This document shows, in pieces, positions 40,067 to 50,859 of a DNA stretch of 64,000 bases. Position 1 is the stretch's first letter. The number at the start of each line of letters is the position of its first letter. A model generated the notes under the pieces. It saw nothing but the letters and a program-made list of their open reading frames with translations, did not search any database and was not told the DNA's origin. This DNA is from an uncultured virus (IMG/VR IMGVR_UViG_3300042445_002020) (taxonomy: Duplodnaviria > Heunggongvirae > Uroviricota > Caudoviricetes), in the IMG/VR virus record IMGVR_UViG_3300042445_002020; one strand, written 5' to 3'. A program made the translations under genes and the position numbers.

Positions 40067-43000
40067 ATGAAAATATTTGACGCACACATATCGGGGAGTT
40101 TATCAGTATCCTCATCAGCCGAAATTTCCAATGATTTACTCGTTTCGGGTAACTTAAACGTACTCGGCACCATTAATGGTAGTGTTTCTGGTAATATTAC
40201 CAGTGCAGATACCGCTTCCTTTGCTCCAAAATACACTTTAACCTCTAGCTTCAACACATTTACCTCCTCTTATAACACAGGTTCATTTACGGGTTCTTTT
40301 ATGGGTAGTGGTACTGGTTTGTATGGTATTCCCGCAAGTGGAATTACAGGGTTAAACCTATCTCAAATCGCTGAAGGTTCATCTACCGCATCAATTTCAA
40401 GTACGGATGGTTTAAGAGTTAATACAAATACCGAAATTACAGGGACATTAACGGCCACAGGACAGATATCGGGTTCATTTAAGGGAGATGGTACAAATCT
40501 ATACAATATTCCTGCAAGTGGAGTTACGGGTCTTAATTTAACACGGATTGCAGATGGTAGTGCAACAGCATCAATCTCCTCAGCAAATGGTTTAAGAGTT
40601 AATTCAAATACCGAAATTACAGGAACATTAAAACTTAATAAAGTCGAATTGGGTGGTAACAACATTGTTGATATGACCCTAACAGATGGAGGTGGAAAAT
40701 ATTTCATCAACGGAGTTAAGAACCCAAGGTTATCCTTCATTAGGGGATTCAAATATAGATTTTATTATAATAACATAGGGCAGCATCCATTACGTTTCTC
40801 TTTAATTGACAACGGGAGACACAATGGAGGTACGGAATATACCACCGGAGTAACAACTAATGCCGACCCTTTTTATATTGAAGTTGAGGTTACCGATGCT
40901 ACCGCAGCAACACTCTATTATTACTGCGACTTTCATGTTGGTATGGGTAATTCTATAACAGTGTATTCGGATTTTCTACATGGTCAATCTAGTATTGGTC
41001 TCATTAACGTAGATACAACTGCACTTGCCACAACCGGGTCAAATAACTTTACAAATATTCAAAGAACAAGTGGGTCCTTAGTGGTGACCGGTTCCGTTGA
41101 TATCACAGGTTCAATTACATTGAATGGTCAAGCAATTGGAACAGGAAAATTGGATGAAACAACATTTCAATCATATACAAGTTCAAACGATTCAACCAAC
41201 TCAACACAAAATAGTCGGTTAACATCAATCGAGTCTGCAACGAGTAGTTTGAATTCATTTACTAGTTCCATCGATAATACAATTAAAAATAAACTTAATA
41301 CAGAAGCTGTTATAACTGGAAGCGTTCAAGTTATAATAACGGGAACAACGGGATATTCAACATTCAGCTCAAGTATATCTACAAGTATAGGTTCATTATC
41401 AAGTTCCGTTGCAACTACAACAAGTGGATTATCAAGTTCAGTAGCTACAACCACATCTGGTTTAAGTTCTAGTATTGGTAGTTTATCAAGTTCAGTAGCT
41501 ACAACCACATCTGGTTTAAGTTCTAGTATTGGTAGTTTATCTTCTTCTGTTGAGGCTACAACAAGTGGTTTAAGTTCTTCAGTTTCTAGCTCAATCGGAA
41601 ATTTATCATCTTCTGTTGCGGCTACAACAAGTGGTTTAAGTTCTTCAGTTTCTAGCTCAATCGGAAATTTATCATCTTCTGTTGCAACAACAACATTAGA
41701 TACTAAAAATAGAGTTGACTCTATTGAAACAAGTACCGGTTCATTAAATTTATTTACTAGTTCTATTAATACAACTATAAAAGATAAGATGAACTTAGAT
41801 GGTGTCTTATCTGGCTCAATACAAGTCACTATAACGGGCACAACGGGTTATAGTACGTTTAGTTCATCAATTGCAACTACAACATCTGGATTAAGTTCTA
41901 GTATCGGTTCATTAAGTTCTAGTGTAGCAACAACCACATCTGGTTTAAGTTCTAGTATCGGTTCATTAAGTTCTAGTGTAGCAACAACCACATCTGAATT
42001 AAGTTCTAGTATTGGAAGTTTATCATCCTCAGTTGCAACAACCACATCTGGATTAAGTTCTAGTGTCGGTTCATTAAGTTCATCAATTGCAACAACTACA
42101 TCTGGATTAAGTTCTAGTTTTGCAACAACAACAAGTGGATTATCATCTAGTATTGGAAGTTTAAGTTCTAGTGTTGCAACCACAACATTAGGTACAAAAA
42201 ATCGGGTAGATTCAATTGAAGCAAAAACTGGAAGTTATGCAACAACAGGTAGTAATAATTTTCAAGGAACACAAACAATAACAGGTTCACTTTACATTAG
42301 TCAAAATTTAATTGTACAGGGTTCATCATCTTTAGAAAATATTACTGCATCTGCAGTGTCAATTGGAACCAATACAATTGTATTAAACACAGATAGTCCA
42401 GCATTTAGATATGCGGGTATTTCCGTTTTTGATTCTGGTTCAACAAACATTACCGCTTCATTATTTTATGATTCATTAACAAATCAATGGAAATTTAAAC
42501 ATGCGGATACGGGTACCAATGATGCTAGCATCATGTTATTTGGTCCTTTAGGTAATGATATTGACAACGCACCACTATTAGATGGGAATTACCTAACAAA
42601 GGTAGAAAATAACGGACACGGTCACCATTTAACAACTTCAAGTATATTCGATAATGGTTCTAAGGTATCCATTAATTCAAATACAGAAGTAACGGGTACT
42701 TTAAAAGTAACCGGGGTTATTACTAATCCTAATATAACTGCAATTGAGTCGGCAACAGGAAGTTTAAATACTTTTACGTCATCATTATTAACCGCAATAG
42801 AATTAACAGGTTCGAATTTAACCGTTAGAGGTAACTTCTTAGTTAAAGGTACAACAACAAATGTTAATACAACAACATTAGATGTTGATAATAATCTTAT
42901 TAATTTAAATGGTAGTGGTGCATCCTTTGCGGGTTTAAGAGTTAAAGACACCACAGCCCCTAATCAAATTTCAGGATCATTACTATGGGACGCAGCAAAT

Positions 43001-45361
43001 GACTATTGGGTTGCGGGTCAGATAGGTTCAGAACAAAGATTAGTAAGAGAAACTGAGTTTAACAATGCCGTTACAAGAATAGGTAATGTCGAAACTTCAA
43101 CAGGTTCATTAAATTCTTTCACTAGTTCAATTAATACAACCATTAAAACAAAATTAAATACTGAAGGTGTTTTAAGTGGTTCTATTCAAGTTAATCATAA
43201 TGCAACTACAAATTACGTTGCGAATCAACATATTGACCACACGGCAGTTTCAATTACTGCGGGTAGTGGTTTAACGGGCGGTGGTGATATATCAACAACA
43301 CGGACAATTAATGTAGGTGCGGGTAATGGTATAACAGTAAACGCTGATGATATTGCAATTGACACGGCGTCGGCGACATTTACCACAGGTGTTAAAACAA
43401 AAATGAACACCGACACAGTAATGAGTGGTTCTTATTTAGGAACCGCAACTACTGCAAATTTAAGTGAGAACGCATCATATTTGTATTATACCGATGCAAG
43501 AGTAAAAACAAAACTTAACGCTGAAGGTGTAGTATCTGGTTCTTCACAAGTTACGGGATTAAGTAATTCACAATTAACGAATTCATCAATAACAATAGGT
43601 TCCACGTCAACATCTTTAGGGGCAACTTCAACATCCTTGGCTGGATTAATTTCGGTTACATCAACAGCATTTACAGGTTCTTTACAGGGATTGGCAACAA
43701 GTGAAACATTGTCAACAGTTACAGGTAGAGGAGCCTCAACAAGTAATGCAATAACAATTAACTACTCAACAGGAGGGTTGAATTTAAACAGACCTGCAAC
43801 ATCAAATTACGTTGGTTTATATTATCAAACCGCGGGTAGTTCTAAATGGTTTATAGGTTTAAGAGAAAATTTAACATCTAACAATTATATATGTTATAGT
43901 GAAACACTTGCAGTGGATGTCTTAACGTTAAACCAAACAACCGGTGTAGCAACCTTTGGTTATAACATGACGGCAGCAAACTTTAGCGGAACATCATCAG
44001 GAACAAATACAGGAGATGAAACATTAACAAGAATAAATGCATTGGCTATCACAACTGTTGGTACAATTGGTACGGGTGTTTGGAATGGTTCATCGATTAG
44101 TACAACATACACCGCAGCTAAAGTTACAAGTGTAAGTTCAGGAACTGGTATTAGTGTTGATACAACAACAGGTGCCGTTACAGTCACAAATAGTGGTGTG
44201 ACATCTTTAACAGGAACAAGTAATCAAGTAACGGTTAGTGCAAGTACAGGTGGAGTTACATTAAGTTTACCACAAAGTATTGCAACAACATCAACACCAA
44301 CATTTGCCGGAGTAACTGCAACTTATTTAAGAAGTGGCACCGCGACATCAAACCTTGTTAAATTTTCATCTGGCGCGAGTAGTGTAACATTTGGTAATTC
44401 ATTTGGTGGAAATGCAACAGACACAAGTAGAACAGTATATTTTAGAGGTACATCAACCGCATCAGTTTGGTGGGGAGCACCAGATGCAAATGGAGATAAC
44501 GTTCCACATGGTGCAATTGATAGTCTTAGCACCGGTGGTTTAACCCACTGGTATAACTCAGCGGGAACCGGTGGTGGTACTTGGACTAAAATAATGACTG
44601 TTGACAATTCGGGAGTAACAATGAACTCTGGTAATTTTATCGGTACATTAACTGGAAATGCAACAAACATTACAGCAAGTTCAAATACATCATTAACGTC
44701 ATTATCGAATTTAGCAACGGTTGGTACAATTACAAGTGGTACTTGGAATGGTAGTTCAATATCAACAACATATACCGCGGCTAAAGTAACTGCGGTTAAT
44801 GCGGGAACGGGTGTTGGTGTTGACACAACAACAGGTTCGGTTACCGTATCCATAGGACAATCAGTTGCAACATCGGCAGTACCTACATTTAAGGCTGCGA
44901 TATTTACCAGTGATACCGATAGTCGGGTTTTAAAATTAAGAGAGTTGACCTCAACTAGTGGTAACATTATTCAATTTCAAGACTCTGCAGGAAATAACAA
45001 ATGGGAAATAGTTGGTAGATCTAATACAGATACAACGCCATTTTACATTTATAAAAATGATGGAACAAATACCGGGTATATATTTTCAATTAGTGGAGGT
45101 GGTATACCAAATTTCCACACCGCATTAACTATCGGTGGAAGTACCGCTAAATCAATTTCAAACTCATCATATTCAACATCATTTAGTAGTGTATCATCAG
45201 TAACAGTTACACATAGTTTAGGAACAAAAGACGTGGCGGTATTTGTTTATGACAGTTCAGATAATATGTTCTGGCCATCATCAATTGTTACAACAAGTAC
45301 AAGTGTTGTTACAATAACTTTTGCATCTTCTAGGTCAGGTAGGGTTGTAGTTGTAAGATAA
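40067..45361 (+). CDS. Long tail fibre-like protein (1764 aa) with a cupredoxin-like insert
   Basis: Shares several modules with 3185..7717. Ser-rich repeats, HP...YYYCDFHVGMG, and a C-terminal VTHSLGTKDVAVFVYD module. Confidence 0.8.
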   Translation: MKIFDAHISGSLSVSSSAEISNDLLVSGNLNVLGTINGSVSGNITSADTASFAPKYTLTSSFNTFTSSYNTGSFTGSFMGSGTGLYGIPASGITGLNLSQIAEGSSTASISSTDGLRVNTNTEITGTLTATGQISGSFKGDGTNLYNIPASGVTGLNLTRIADGSATASISSANGLRVNSNTEITGTLKLNKVELGGNNIVDMTLTDGGGKYFINGVKNPRLSFIRGFKYRFYYNNIGQHPLRFSLIDNGRHNGGTEYTTGVTTNADPFYIEVEVTDATAATLYYYCDFHVGMGNSITVYSDFLHGQSSIGLINVDTTALATTGSNNFTNIQRTSGSLVVTGSVDITGSITLNGQAIGTGKLDETTFQSYTSSNDSTNSTQNSRLTSIESATSSLNSFTSSIDNTIKNKLNTEAVITGSVQVIITGTTGYSTFSSSISTSIGSLSSSVATTTSGLSSSVATTTSGLSSSIGSLSSSVATTTSGLSSSIGSLSSSVEATTSGLSSSVSSSIGNLSSSVAATTSGLSSSVSSSIGNLSSSVATTTLDTKNRVDSIETSTGSLNLFTSSINTTIKDKMNLDGVLSGSIQVTITGTTGYSTFSSSIATTTSGLSSSIGSLSSSVATTTSGLSSSIGSLSSSVATTTSELSSSIGSLSSSVATTTSGLSSSVGSLSSSIATTTSGLSSSFATTTSGLSSSIGSLSSSVATTTLGTKNRVDSIEAKTGSYATTGSNNFQGTQTITGSLYISQNLIVQGSSSLENITASAVSIGTNTIVLNTDSPAFRYAGISVFDSGSTNITASLFYDSLTNQWKFKHADTGTNDASIMLFGPLGNDIDNAPLLDGNYLTKVENNGHGHHLTTSSIFDNGSKVSINSNTEVTGTLKVTGVITNPNITAIESATGSLNTFTSSLLTAIELTGSNLTVRGNFLVKGTTTNVNTTTLDVDNNLINLNGSGASFAGLRVKDTTAPNQISGSLLWDAANDYWVAGQIGSEQRLVRETEFNNAVTRIGNVETSTGSLNSFTSSINTTIKTKLNTEGVLSGSIQVNHNATTNYVANQHIDHTAVSITAGSGLTGGGDISTTRTINVGAGNGITVNADDIAIDTASATFTTGVKTKMNTDTVMSGSYLGTATTANLSENASYLYYTDARVKTKLNAEGVVSGSSQVTGLSNSQLTNSSITIGSTSTSLGATSTSLAGLISVTSTAFTGSLQGLATSETLSTVTGRGASTSNAITINYSTGGLNLNRPATSNYVGLYYQTAGSSKWFIGLRENLTSNNYICYSETLAVDVLTLNQTTGVATFGYNMTAANFSGTSSGTNTGDETLTRINALAITTVGTIGTGVWNGSSISTTYTAAKVTSVSSGTGISVDTTTGAVTVTNSGVTSLTGTSNQVTVSASTGGVTLSLPQSIATTSTPTFAGVTATYLRSGTATSNLVKFSSGASSVTFGNSFGGNATDTSRTVYFRGTSTASVWWGAPDANGDNVPHGAIDSLSTGGLTHWYNSAGTGGGTWTKIMTVDNSGVTMNSGNFIGTLTGNATNITASSNTSLTSLSNLATVGTITSGTWNGSSISTTYTAAKVTAVNAGTGVGVDTTTGSVTVSIGQSVATSAVPTFKAAIFTSDTDSRVLKLRELTSTSGNIIQFQDSAGNNKWEIVGRSNTDTTPFYIYKNDGTNTGYIFSISGGGIPNFHTALTIGGSTAKSISNSSYSTSFSSVSSVTVTHSLGTKDVAVFVYDSSDNMFWPSSIVTTSTSVVTITFASSRSGRVVVVR
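41360..42190 (+). repeat. Coding tandem repeats SSSIGSLSSSVATTTSGL, including near-exact 54-bp and 66-bp DNA duplications
   Basis: 54-bp unit at 41429 and 41483; 66-bp unit at 41554 and 41620. Confidence 0.9.
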
Positions 45362-45380
45362 AATACGTATATTATAGAAT

Positions 45381-46523
45381 ATGTTAAGAGAGAATGTAAT
45401 AGTAAGTGGTTCATTAACGACTGGAGGTTCAACAGGACAATTAATTGTTCCTGCTGGTGATAGAAGTAATAGACCCGCAACACCCGATACGGGTTCATTA
45501 TATTTAGAAACTTCATCAAGTGGTAGTATCATTATGGTTTATAATGGTATCAATAACATTGATGCGGGATGGGAACCAATCGGTTCACAAGATGATTCAA
45601 GAATTGCTTTCAAATATAGAACAATCATTACAACATCATATACTGCGGGTGGATACAAAGATGCTTCACCTTGGAAAACAGTACAAAGAACAATCAATTC
45701 AACCGACCAAACGGTTAGTGTTGGTGATATAATGGATTATCCATCATCATATTCTTCAGGCGGATGTAGTCAAACAATATTATTCATGTGGTCAGTTAAT
45801 ACAGATAACGCGTGGCACTCAGCAACAGATGTTAATAGTACATACACCACAGGTATTAATATGGTTAATGAAACAGGGTACGCTCATCAAACAAAATGGG
45901 ACTTAACAAACGCAAGAGACCAACCAGGTACTTTATTCCAAGAAACATTATTTGCGTGGATATTTGGAGGGGCGGTTGCAGCAGTTGAGAAGTTTAATTT
46001 CACTAATGAAACTATGTATCTCAATTTATATAATGCATATACAAGTACCAATGTACAGAATTCATCTATTACAAGTAGTTTAGGTGCCGCAGGATTCTCA
46101 GATGAAAATTATGGATATGGATATGGTTCTGAAAGTGGAATGAAATTATTCTTTGCCACAGATACAATGAACGTTAAACAACAATGGGGTGCTAGTGGTC
46201 AACAAAAAGGTATCAGTTCCAAAGTAGGTAAAGGTTACGCCGGTAATGAAGGAACATATAATGGGGGTTATAATTTAAGAAGATGGGATTATGCGACTGA
46301 AACCAATATAGGTAACGTAGCTAAACCTTATCCAAATTGTGGAGAAGAGAATTTTACGATGGGGCAAGACCATCAGTATATGATTGGAAATTATGATGGT
46401 TTACAAAATAATGGTAGTTGGAAATTCTATTATGGAACGGATACAGGGTCATCAAGTGTGTCGGGATTAAACCCAACAACCCATGGTGGAATGTCGTCTG
46501 GTCACTGCGGATGGAGAGCATAA
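45381..46523 (+). CDS. Putative virion protein with a repeat (beta-propeller-like) domain
   Basis: N-terminal VSGSL...NRPATP..GSLYLE motif; repeated Y.AGG, GY.G and F.TET units. Confidence 0.6.
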   Translation: MLRENVIVSGSLTTGGSTGQLIVPAGDRSNRPATPDTGSLYLETSSSGSIIMVYNGINNIDAGWEPIGSQDDSRIAFKYRTIITTSYTAGGYKDASPWKTVQRTINSTDQTVSVGDIMDYPSSYSSGGCSQTILFMWSVNTDNAWHSATDVNSTYTTGINMVNETGYAHQTKWDLTNARDQPGTLFQETLFAWIFGGAVAAVEKFNFTNETMYLNLYNAYTSTNVQNSSITSSLGAAGFSDENYGYGYGSESGMKLFFATDTMNVKQQWGASGQQKGISSKVGKGYAGNEGTYNGGYNLRRWDYATETNIGNVAKPYPNCGEENFTMGQDHQYMIGNYDGLQNNGSWKFYYGTDTGSSSVSGLNPTTHGGMSSGHCGWRA

Positions 46524-46530
46524 AAGAAAA

Positions 46531-46538
46531 TATTTATA
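46531..46538 (+). promoter_or_regulatory. TATTTATA motif
   Basis: Intergenic copy but only 4 nt from ATG 46543, so a weaker case. Confidence 0.25.
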
Positions 46539-46542
46539 AGAT

Positions 46543-47652
46543 ATGATATACGAAAATATGGAAGTAAGTGGTTCTTTGAGGGCTGCACAAATTATTGCCG
46601 GACCAAAGAACACAAGAGCTAATAGACCAACGAGTCCAGCAATCGGGTCACTATTTTTAGAGACAGCGTCAAGTGGTAGTTATATGATGGTATATACCGC
46701 AATTTCAAATAACGATGACGGATGGGAAAGAATTTCATCACAACAAAGTGCGAATACAGCGTTCAAGTATCGCACAATAATTAATTATGCATATTTGGCT
46801 GGTGGTTATAAAGACTCATCACCATGGAAGAATGTTCATAGAACGGTGGTATCCACAGACCAAACAACCCACATGGGTGCATTATTGGACTATCCGGCAA
46901 ACTACACAAAAGCGGCATGTAGTAAAACTATCTTATTTGTTTTTTCAGCAAATACTGACAATGCTCATAAAGGTCCCTCCGATGTACAGGGAACATATAC
47001 AACTGCGGTTAATATGTCAAATGAAACTAACTATGCACATCAATCTAAATTTGATATTACGAGTGCAAGATCTGATTTGGCTGTTATGTTTAAAGAAACA
47101 GAGGCCGCTTGGATTGTTGCTGGTGGACAAACAAGTGTTGATAAATTTAATTTATCTAATGAGGCTATAGTTACTGGTTATAATTTATCTAGTTTTAATT
47201 CTTCTGAAGGTGCTGGGGCGTTCTGTGATGAAAATTACGGATATGCTTTTAATTCGGGTAATGGTGTTAAATTTAATTTTTCAACCGAAACATTTACAAA
47301 TGGTTCATTATGGAGCGCACACGGACAACAAAAGGGTATTAGTTCTAAGGTAGGTAAAGGATATGCGGGCAATGAAGGTTCGTACAATGGTGGTTATAAC
47401 TTAAGAAGATGGACAACATCAAACGACACTAATATTGGTACGGTTGCTAAACCACACCCTAATTGTGGAGAAGAAAACTTTACCATGGGGCAAGATTGGC
47501 AATATATGTTAGGAGTTTATGATGGCACGGGTCAAACAAATAACAGTTGGAAATTCTATTATGCAACTGATAGTGGTTCCAATAGTGTATCGGGATTAAA
47601 TCCTGGTGTTAATGCGGGAACATCTTCAGGTGCAAATGGTTGGAGGGGGTAG
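46543..47652 (+). CDS. Putative virion protein, tandem paralogue of 45381..46523
   Basis: Shares GGYKD.SPWK, GQQKGISSKVGKGYAGNEG, NCGEENFTMGQD. Confidence 0.65.
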   Translation: MIYENMEVSGSLRAAQIIAGPKNTRANRPTSPAIGSLFLETASSGSYMMVYTAISNNDDGWERISSQQSANTAFKYRTIINYAYLAGGYKDSSPWKNVHRTVVSTDQTTHMGALLDYPANYTKAACSKTILFVFSANTDNAHKGPSDVQGTYTTAVNMSNETNYAHQSKFDITSARSDLAVMFKETEAAWIVAGGQTSVDKFNLSNEAIVTGYNLSSFNSSEGAGAFCDENYGYAFNSGNGVKFNFSTETFTNGSLWSAHGQQKGISSKVGKGYAGNEGSYNGGYNLRRWTTSNDTNIGTVAKPHPNCGEENFTMGQDWQYMLGVYDGTGQTNNSWKFYYATDSGSNSVSGLNPGVNAGTSSGANGWRG

Positions 47653-47681
47653 TTGACATTATCAAAAATTTTATTTATATT
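47653..47681 (+). promoter_or_regulatory. Sigma70-like promoter TTGACA-17-TATATT
   Basis: Perfect -35, 17-nt spacer, intergenic. Confidence 0.65.
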
Positions 47682-47700
47682 TTAATAAATTGAAAATATT

Positions 47701-48465
47701 ATGGACAAAAAATTTGAATACAAAAGAGCATCAGATACGTTAAACGAAGAAGATAGAAAACTATTGGACGTTGCTGAAGGATTAAGTTTTGCATTACCAA
47801 AGTATAAAGCGGAAAACTTTGTTGGTGGAGCACAAATAACTCCATATGCTAAATTAAGACAATGGTTAATGGAGTTAAGATCAAGAGAGGATGCTGCAGA
47901 ACACATGGAATATCTTCTTAGAAAAAAAGAAATTGAAATTCAATTAGAACACGAGAAAATGGAATTCTTAACTGAACCATTAAGAAAGGAATTAGTTGAA
48001 TTGGGTATTAAAGATATGCACATCGACTTAAGAAAATACCAAAGAAATTTAAAGGATGCATATAGAGAAAGACAAATTTTTATTGACTTGATTAAAGATT
48101 TTTTAGAAAGTGACGATAGTAAAATGCCAGATGGTAGGTCTCTTATGGAAGTTTTTAATAACCAACTACTTGAGGATAAATATGAGAAAGATTATTGGAG
48201 TGTTCGTATGGCTAAACAGGCGATGTTGGATATGATATCTTACGGTAGAGTCGGTACAGGTAATTTAGATTCAATTTTAATGATGTCACCCGAACAACAA
48301 AAAGAAGTTATGGCGTTAGCGTCAACATATACTGTTACCATAGATAGAAACATTAACACATTAATGGGTATGGCAGCAACTAATCAAGATATGATTTCAA
48401 ATGAATTAAAGGACCAATTTAAAATTGGAACATCTAATGAAACTATAAACGAAAAATTATTATAA
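47701..48465 (+). CDS. Hypothetical coiled-coil protein
   Basis: Charged helical sequence; first gene after the promoter. Confidence 0.7.
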   Translation: MDKKFEYKRASDTLNEEDRKLLDVAEGLSFALPKYKAENFVGGAQITPYAKLRQWLMELRSREDAAEHMEYLLRKKEIEIQLEHEKMEFLTEPLRKELVELGIKDMHIDLRKYQRNLKDAYRERQIFIDLIKDFLESDDSKMPDGRSLMEVFNNQLLEDKYEKDYWSVRMAKQAMLDMISYGRVGTGNLDSILMMSPEQQKEVMALASTYTVTIDRNINTLMGMAATNQDMISNELKDQFKIGTSNETINEKLL

Positions 48466-49205
48466 TGAAACACATTATTTTTAAAATGGGGGTAGAGTCT
48501 CCTGGGTATGTAACTAAGTTAAGTAGTTATTTAAACTACACCGTTGGTAGAATACATGCTGACTATGACGATAACAGAGTTGAATTAATAAAAATGAATG
48601 CAGTTGTTGTTCCCGAGGAATTTGCTAGAGGATATATCTTCGCAGATATCTATAAGGAATATGTTTCAATTAGAACTAATTCTAACGTTATAGATGAGTT
48701 CCCACAATTTGCAAACTCGGGAGAACTTGAAACTGAAAAAGTAAAATATTTTTTAACAGATGAGGATAGAGAATTGGCAGTTAAGTTTAATAAGTTCGTA
48801 ATGTTAAAAGTCATCGCCGATAGATTTTCTGAAAGAATGAAAAATCTAATTGTTGATGCTTCTAACTTAGAGGTTGCAACTTGGGAAGAACAAAAAAGAG
48901 AGGCGTTACTTTACCAATCAGATAATACCGCCAGTACGCCATTGATTGATATATTGGCAACAGGTAGAGGTGTAACTAAACAAGAGTTAGTTACTAAAAT
49001 TTTAACAAATGTTGAGTCATATAAAATAAAATTAGCTAATTTACTTGTTGAACAACAACAATTAGAACAAAGAGTTAAAGCATGTCAAAACGTTCCTGAT
49101 TGTCATAGATTGAAACATGAGAAATTTGGTGTTAGTATGAGTTACCAACAACAATTAGATGAGAATGTTGAGACTTCACCTTTAACATTAGCAATGGATT
49201 TTTAA
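48465..49205 (+). CDS. Hypothetical protein, tail-fibre-assembly-like
   Basis: E..TWEEQKREA...TPLIDILATGRG...ELVTKIL resembles phage tail accessory proteins. Confidence 0.5.
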   Translation: MKHIIFKMGVESPGYVTKLSSYLNYTVGRIHADYDDNRVELIKMNAVVVPEEFARGYIFADIYKEYVSIRTNSNVIDEFPQFANSGELETEKVKYFLTDEDRELAVKFNKFVMLKVIADRFSERMKNLIVDASNLEVATWEEQKREALLYQSDNTASTPLIDILATGRGVTKQELVTKILTNVESYKIKLANLLVEQQQLEQRVKACQNVPDCHRLKHEKFGVSMSYQQQLDENVETSPLTLAMDF

Positions 49206-49206
49206 T

Positions 49207-49851
49207 ATGATTGAAAATTATTTAGAAACTTATGAATATGGTATCATAACATCAGACTTCATAGATTCTACAACAACTAATTCCCTTTCTGATAAAATAT
49301 TGGAAAGGGAATCTTACATTAAGGGACTTAACGATGGAACAAAGTTACACATGAACATTGTAAACCATAGTAATATAACAAATTATCACACATATTATAA
49401 TTTAATTGATTTAGAAATCCCTGAAACTGACATTTTAATATCTAAGATTAAAGAATTGATTTTCAATACATTAGGATGGGAAAATTTCTATATTAAAATG
49501 TGGGCAAACATTTTTAGACAAGGTGATTATCTTGGACTACACAAACATATGGATAATATGAGTAAAAAGAAATTTCCATATGCACTTAGCGGTCATTGCT
49601 TTCTTTACTCATCAGAAAAAACACATACAACATATTTGTTTAAACAAAAAAAAATTGGTATATTTGATAGTAGTATCAATGTAGTCGACCTCCCAAACAT
49701 TCCTGGAGAAGTTTCAATATTTTCATCATATATTGAACATGAATTTAAACAATGGAATGGTGATTTAAGAGTGGGAATCGCATTTGATATTAATAACGAA
49801 CCTGACGCCAATCCAAATTGGCTCAAGACTAAACAATTTAGATACGTTTAA
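49207..49851 (+). CDS. Putative 2OG-Fe(II) oxygenase-like protein
   Basis: MWANIFRQGD...HKH, LSG, PGEVSIFSSYIEH, RVGIAFD. Confidence 0.7.
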   Translation: MIENYLETYEYGIITSDFIDSTTTNSLSDKILERESYIKGLNDGTKLHMNIVNHSNITNYHTYYNLIDLEIPETDILISKIKELIFNTLGWENFYIKMWANIFRQGDYLGLHKHMDNMSKKKFPYALSGHCFLYSSEKTHTTYLFKQKKIGIFDSSINVVDLPNIPGEVSIFSSYIEHEFKQWNGDLRVGIAFDINNEPDANPNWLKTKQFRYV

Positions 49852-50859
49852 ATGAACTTTGTAATTAATGGTACATGTGCTAAAGGATGTTCTTTTTGTT
49901 TCACAAAGGAAGAAGCTAGAGTACAACATACTTTAGGTGAAATGACTTTATCTAAAGTAGATGAGTTAATTGACCACTACCAACTTAACAATAGTAAAGA
50001 AGAGATTACCATATTAGGTGGTGAACCAACACAACATTCGAACTTCACAGGAATTGTTGAACATATCATATCTAAAGGATTAAAAATCAATCTTGTAAGT
50101 AACTTTCTGTTTAGTAAAACCACAAGAGAATTCATCATTAAAAACATTAGACACATTCGATGGGTATTCCCAAACGCTGCTGAGTTAGATGAGAAGAATA
50201 GAATGGTTATATTCAAAAAGAATTACACTGAAATTTACAACGCTTATCTTAACACATGGGGGTTTGATAATCACCCAAGATTATATTTGGCAATTACAAT
50301 GTCAAGTAATTGGAAAGAAAAGAATTTCTATGAGTACATTAAATGGTTGTACCATCAATTGGATGGTAAGATTAATGCCATTAGAGTTGGGTTAGATTTA
50401 ACAAACATATATCTTGTTAACAACAAAGAAATGGGTTCGGAGATTACTAAGATACTTAAATTTGGTAAGTATAATGATATTAGAATTACTTCCGATTGCC
50501 AAGTACCACCATGTTTATGGGAAGGTAAATCAAAAGAATCTGTAATGGAAAATTCATTAGGGTTTGCCACATTTAAAATACCGGAGTATAAAACAATATG
50601 TGGATTTATGCCCTTAGATGTTTTCCCTGACGGAAGTTCAATACATTGTTATCCATTGGAAGATAAAGTTAAAATCGATAATGTATTGAATATTACGGGA
50701 GAAAGTAATATATTATCATTAAGAGAAGAGTTCGATAAATTATACACAGAAAATCATAAAAATTATACATTACCAAAAGACTGTTTAGATTGTCATTTCT
50801 ATGACACGTTATGTAACGGAATTTGTGGTGGATGTTTAGAAGGAAACCAACATGAGTAA
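49852..50859 (+). CDS. Radical SAM protein with C-terminal SPASM-like domain
   Basis: CAKGCSFC, LGGEP, C-terminal C..C..CLDC..C.GICGGC. Confidence 0.9.
   Translation: MNFVINGTCAKGCSFCFTKEEARVQHTLGEMTLSKVDELIDHYQLNNSKEEITILGGEPTQHSNFTGIVEHIISKGLKINLVSNFLFSKTTREFIIKNIRHIRWVFPNAAELDEKNRMVIFKKNYTEIYNAYLNTWGFDNHPRLYLAITMSSNWKEKNFYEYIKWLYHQLDGKINAIRVGLDLTNIYLVNNKEMGSEITKILKFGKYNDIRITSDCQVPPCLWEGKSKESVMENSLGFATFKIPEYKTICGFMPLDVFPDGSSIHCYPLEDKVKIDNVLNITGESNILSLREEFDKLYTENHKNYTLPKDCLDCHFYDTLCNGICGGCLEGNQHE

Noticed and set aside
41360..42190. Regular 54-66 bp repeats as a possible CRISPR array
   Set aside because: They are in-frame coding repeats with no unique spacers, and no cas genes are present.
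40363..44967. Minus-strand ORFs of up to 214 aa inside the 1764-aa fibre
   Set aside because: Same antisense-shadow effect; no independent motifs.
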